Below, in pieces: positions 62,011 through 64,000 of a DNA stretch of 64,000 bases. The DNA is from Octopus bimaculoides (Eukaryota), in assembly GCF_001194135.2 (NCBI RefSeq), contig NC_068983.1, forward strand, positions 93,702,021 to 93,766,020, in the 5' to 3' direction. The number at the start of each line of letters is the position of its first letter. Position 1 is the first letter of the stretch. A program made the position numbers and the translations under genes. Below the pieces are notes generated by a model, which was not told where the DNA came from, ran no database searches, and saw nothing but the letters and a program-made list of their open reading frames with translations.

Positions 62011-62448
62011 TTAACCTTTTAGCATCCTGAGATACTTATCTATTCATATTGTTTTGAATTAATCATAATTTTTCTTATAGCTTTCAGATTTTTATGAGAT
62101 AATTGTTAATTTTTAGAATGATATTGTAGGGTAGGTGCAAGGAGCCAGATCTGGCCAGTTTGAACATGAAACAAGTAGAATGGTTTGGCTGGATATGGCT
62201 GATTTGAATGCTAAAGGGTTAAACTGTCATATCTTTTAGCATTCAAACCAGCCATATCTGGCCTAAATATTCTACCTCCTTTATGTTCAGACCAGCCAGA
62301 TCCAGCCTCTCACATCTAATCTAAAATTTCATTCCTAAAGTAAAGAGTCACATCACAGAAATCTCACAGCAAATGCATAGCTAATTAAAAACTACATGAA
62401 TAAATAAGCATTATGTTTGACTGAGTACTCTGAATACTAAAGGGTTAA
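62011..62448. mobile_element. Two adjacent TTAA-type MITEs in opposite orientation (62011-62222 minus; 62233-62448 plus)
   Basis: First ends GGCTGGATATGGCTGATTTGAATGCTAAAGGGTTAA; second starts CTTTTAGCATTCAAACCAGCCATATCTGG and ends GAATACTAAAGGGTTAA. Confidence 0.8.
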
Positions 62449-62684
62449 GCAGTTAAACAGTCTCATTGTTAGACAGCTGTTAGAAAAATATAAACAGTCA
62501 GAGATTTAAAGTGGGTGACCTAAGAAACTGGTGACCATTTATGGTTAGCAAAAATTAATTCATAAAAGAAATTACAGAAGATGCTTCCCTCATCATAGCA
62601 ATTAAACTTATTGAACTTTTCTTCAATTTCTCTTAATGATTTAGACATTCAACGTATTGGATACTTAAACTTATGTATTTCAGC

Positions 62685-62876
62685 TAGTAAACATTTGAGC
62701 TGCTAAACATTGAAATAGTTACACATTTAAACAATTACATGTTTAAACTGTTCAAATTTTGAATAGCTAAACATTTGAACTGTTAAACATTTAAGTTGAT
62801 CAACACTTAAACTTAGACATTTAAATAGCTAAACATTTAAACAGTTATATATTTTAAAAGTTACACATTTAAAGTT
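62685..62876. repeat. Degenerate minisatellite with a unit of about 16 bp (AAACATTTAAACAGTT-like)
   Basis: AAACATTT(G/A)A recurs about every 16 bp. Confidence 0.75.
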
Positions 62877-62939
62877 CAGCATTATGTGATTGATAAGAAA
62901 TTCATCCAGTAAGTTGATCCTCTAAATTTATCTTATAAG

Positions 62940-63066
62940 TGGTGGTGGTGGTTGTGGTAAAGGCTGTGGCAGTGGCAGCAGCAACAGTTGTAGTATTTGT
63001 TGTTGTTGCTGTTGCTGCTGATGCTGTTGTTGTTGCTGTTGCTGCTGATGCTGTTGTTGTTGTTGT
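62940..63066. repeat. Compound GGT/GCA/GTT/GCT trinucleotide tract with a duplicated 27-bp unit
   Basis: GTTGCTGTTGCTGCTGATGCTGTTGTT occurs twice. Confidence 0.9.
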
Positions 63067-64000
63067 TCAGGCCCAAATCTGCCTTGATTAAACAGGCTTA
63101 TGATCAAAGATATTCCAGCTAAAACAATCCTATCAGTCTTGGGAAATGCAGCACATTATTTAATGTATGATTAATGTATCATTATTTATTGTATCATTGT
63201 ATAAGATGGCAAGTTGTGATATGAGGGAGATTGGATCGGCTGCTATTTTTAGCATGTTGAACAATCCTATAGAGGCTTTTTTATGAGTTTTGACTGGAGA
63301 TGGAATAAACTTAGCAGGTTCAGAAACACTCACTTCTTACACAAACAACAGAAGAGACAAGAGAAAAGTTACTGATTCATGATGTATGAAAGTGCAAAGA
63401 TTGATGATATTGGAGGCTTTGTCAACAAGATAAATGGCTGTTTCTGTAAGTGATGCTCATTGTTTCAGCTTAGTCAAGAAGAGCTGAGACTTCTGAGAGT
63501 TAGTTTTAGCCAAAAAGTTCCATCCATCATGATATCTGAGAGGAAAAGAAAGTGTTTAAGATATTACATTCTGTTTTACTGTTGGAAGTCAGAAAAAAAA
63601 AGAAGAAAAGAAAAGAATAGAAAAAAGAAAAATCTAAGAACTTCTCAATAAAAAATAAAATGGAGAAATTTGAGACAGTATAGGAATTTTGCCTTGAGAT
63701 ATATAGTGTTATGTACACTGATCTGCCTTGTCTACAAGTACAATGTAGTGCCTATAGCAGGAATTGAATTCATGTCCTATTATTTCTGTCCTATTAATTT
63801 AGTTCTTTGACCATTGAATTACTATATTTCACTGTCACTTCCTGCTTATTGTTAAACAGAATATCCAACTGTAAGACAAGATATGTTTAAACGAAGTGTT
63901 CAAATTTCTGTAGAGATATGTGCAACTCATACTAATGTATATTTCCACATCATATCTATATAATAAAAAGGATACAATTTCACATGATGCAATAACTTAA

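Noticed and set aside
54864-64000. Next TMEM245 exon (expected ..LWDRLY..-like)
   Set aside because: No AG-bounded frame with this motif found; presumed to lie beyond the window.

Overview
AT-rich, repeat-dense animal genomic DNA from a gapped short-read-type assembly (nine N-gaps, most flanked by (TA)n). The SINE/LINE families resemble those of octopus (inference). The only host gene I can support is a + strand TMEM245 orthologue: five in-phase GT-AG coding exons at 37774-54863, with the 5' and 3' exons not found in this window. The rest is intronic/intergenic and filled with tRNA-derived SINEs, RTE, R4/Dong and Penelope-like retroelement remnants, a Ty3/Gypsy fragment, Tc1/mariner relics, TTAA-flanked MITEs and microsatellites. 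Most ORF-track entries are artefacts of N-gaps and microsatellites. The most interesting observations are: (1) several type I hammerhead-ribozyme-like motifs, including a divergent pair forming a fold-back element; (2) a split, inverted histone H2B fragment with a TATA-like sequence captured inside a SINE; (3) a Gypsy fragment with permuted order (integrase tail joined directly to a 5' LTR, PBS and gag) resembling an autointegration junction; (4) a near-perfect 102-bp-arm hairpin; (5) an identical 148-bp fold-back segment on both sides of a TMEM245 exon. I found no evidence for a complete new multi-gene system. All assignments are from visual translation and recalled family motifs, with no database searches, and repeat boundaries are approximate.
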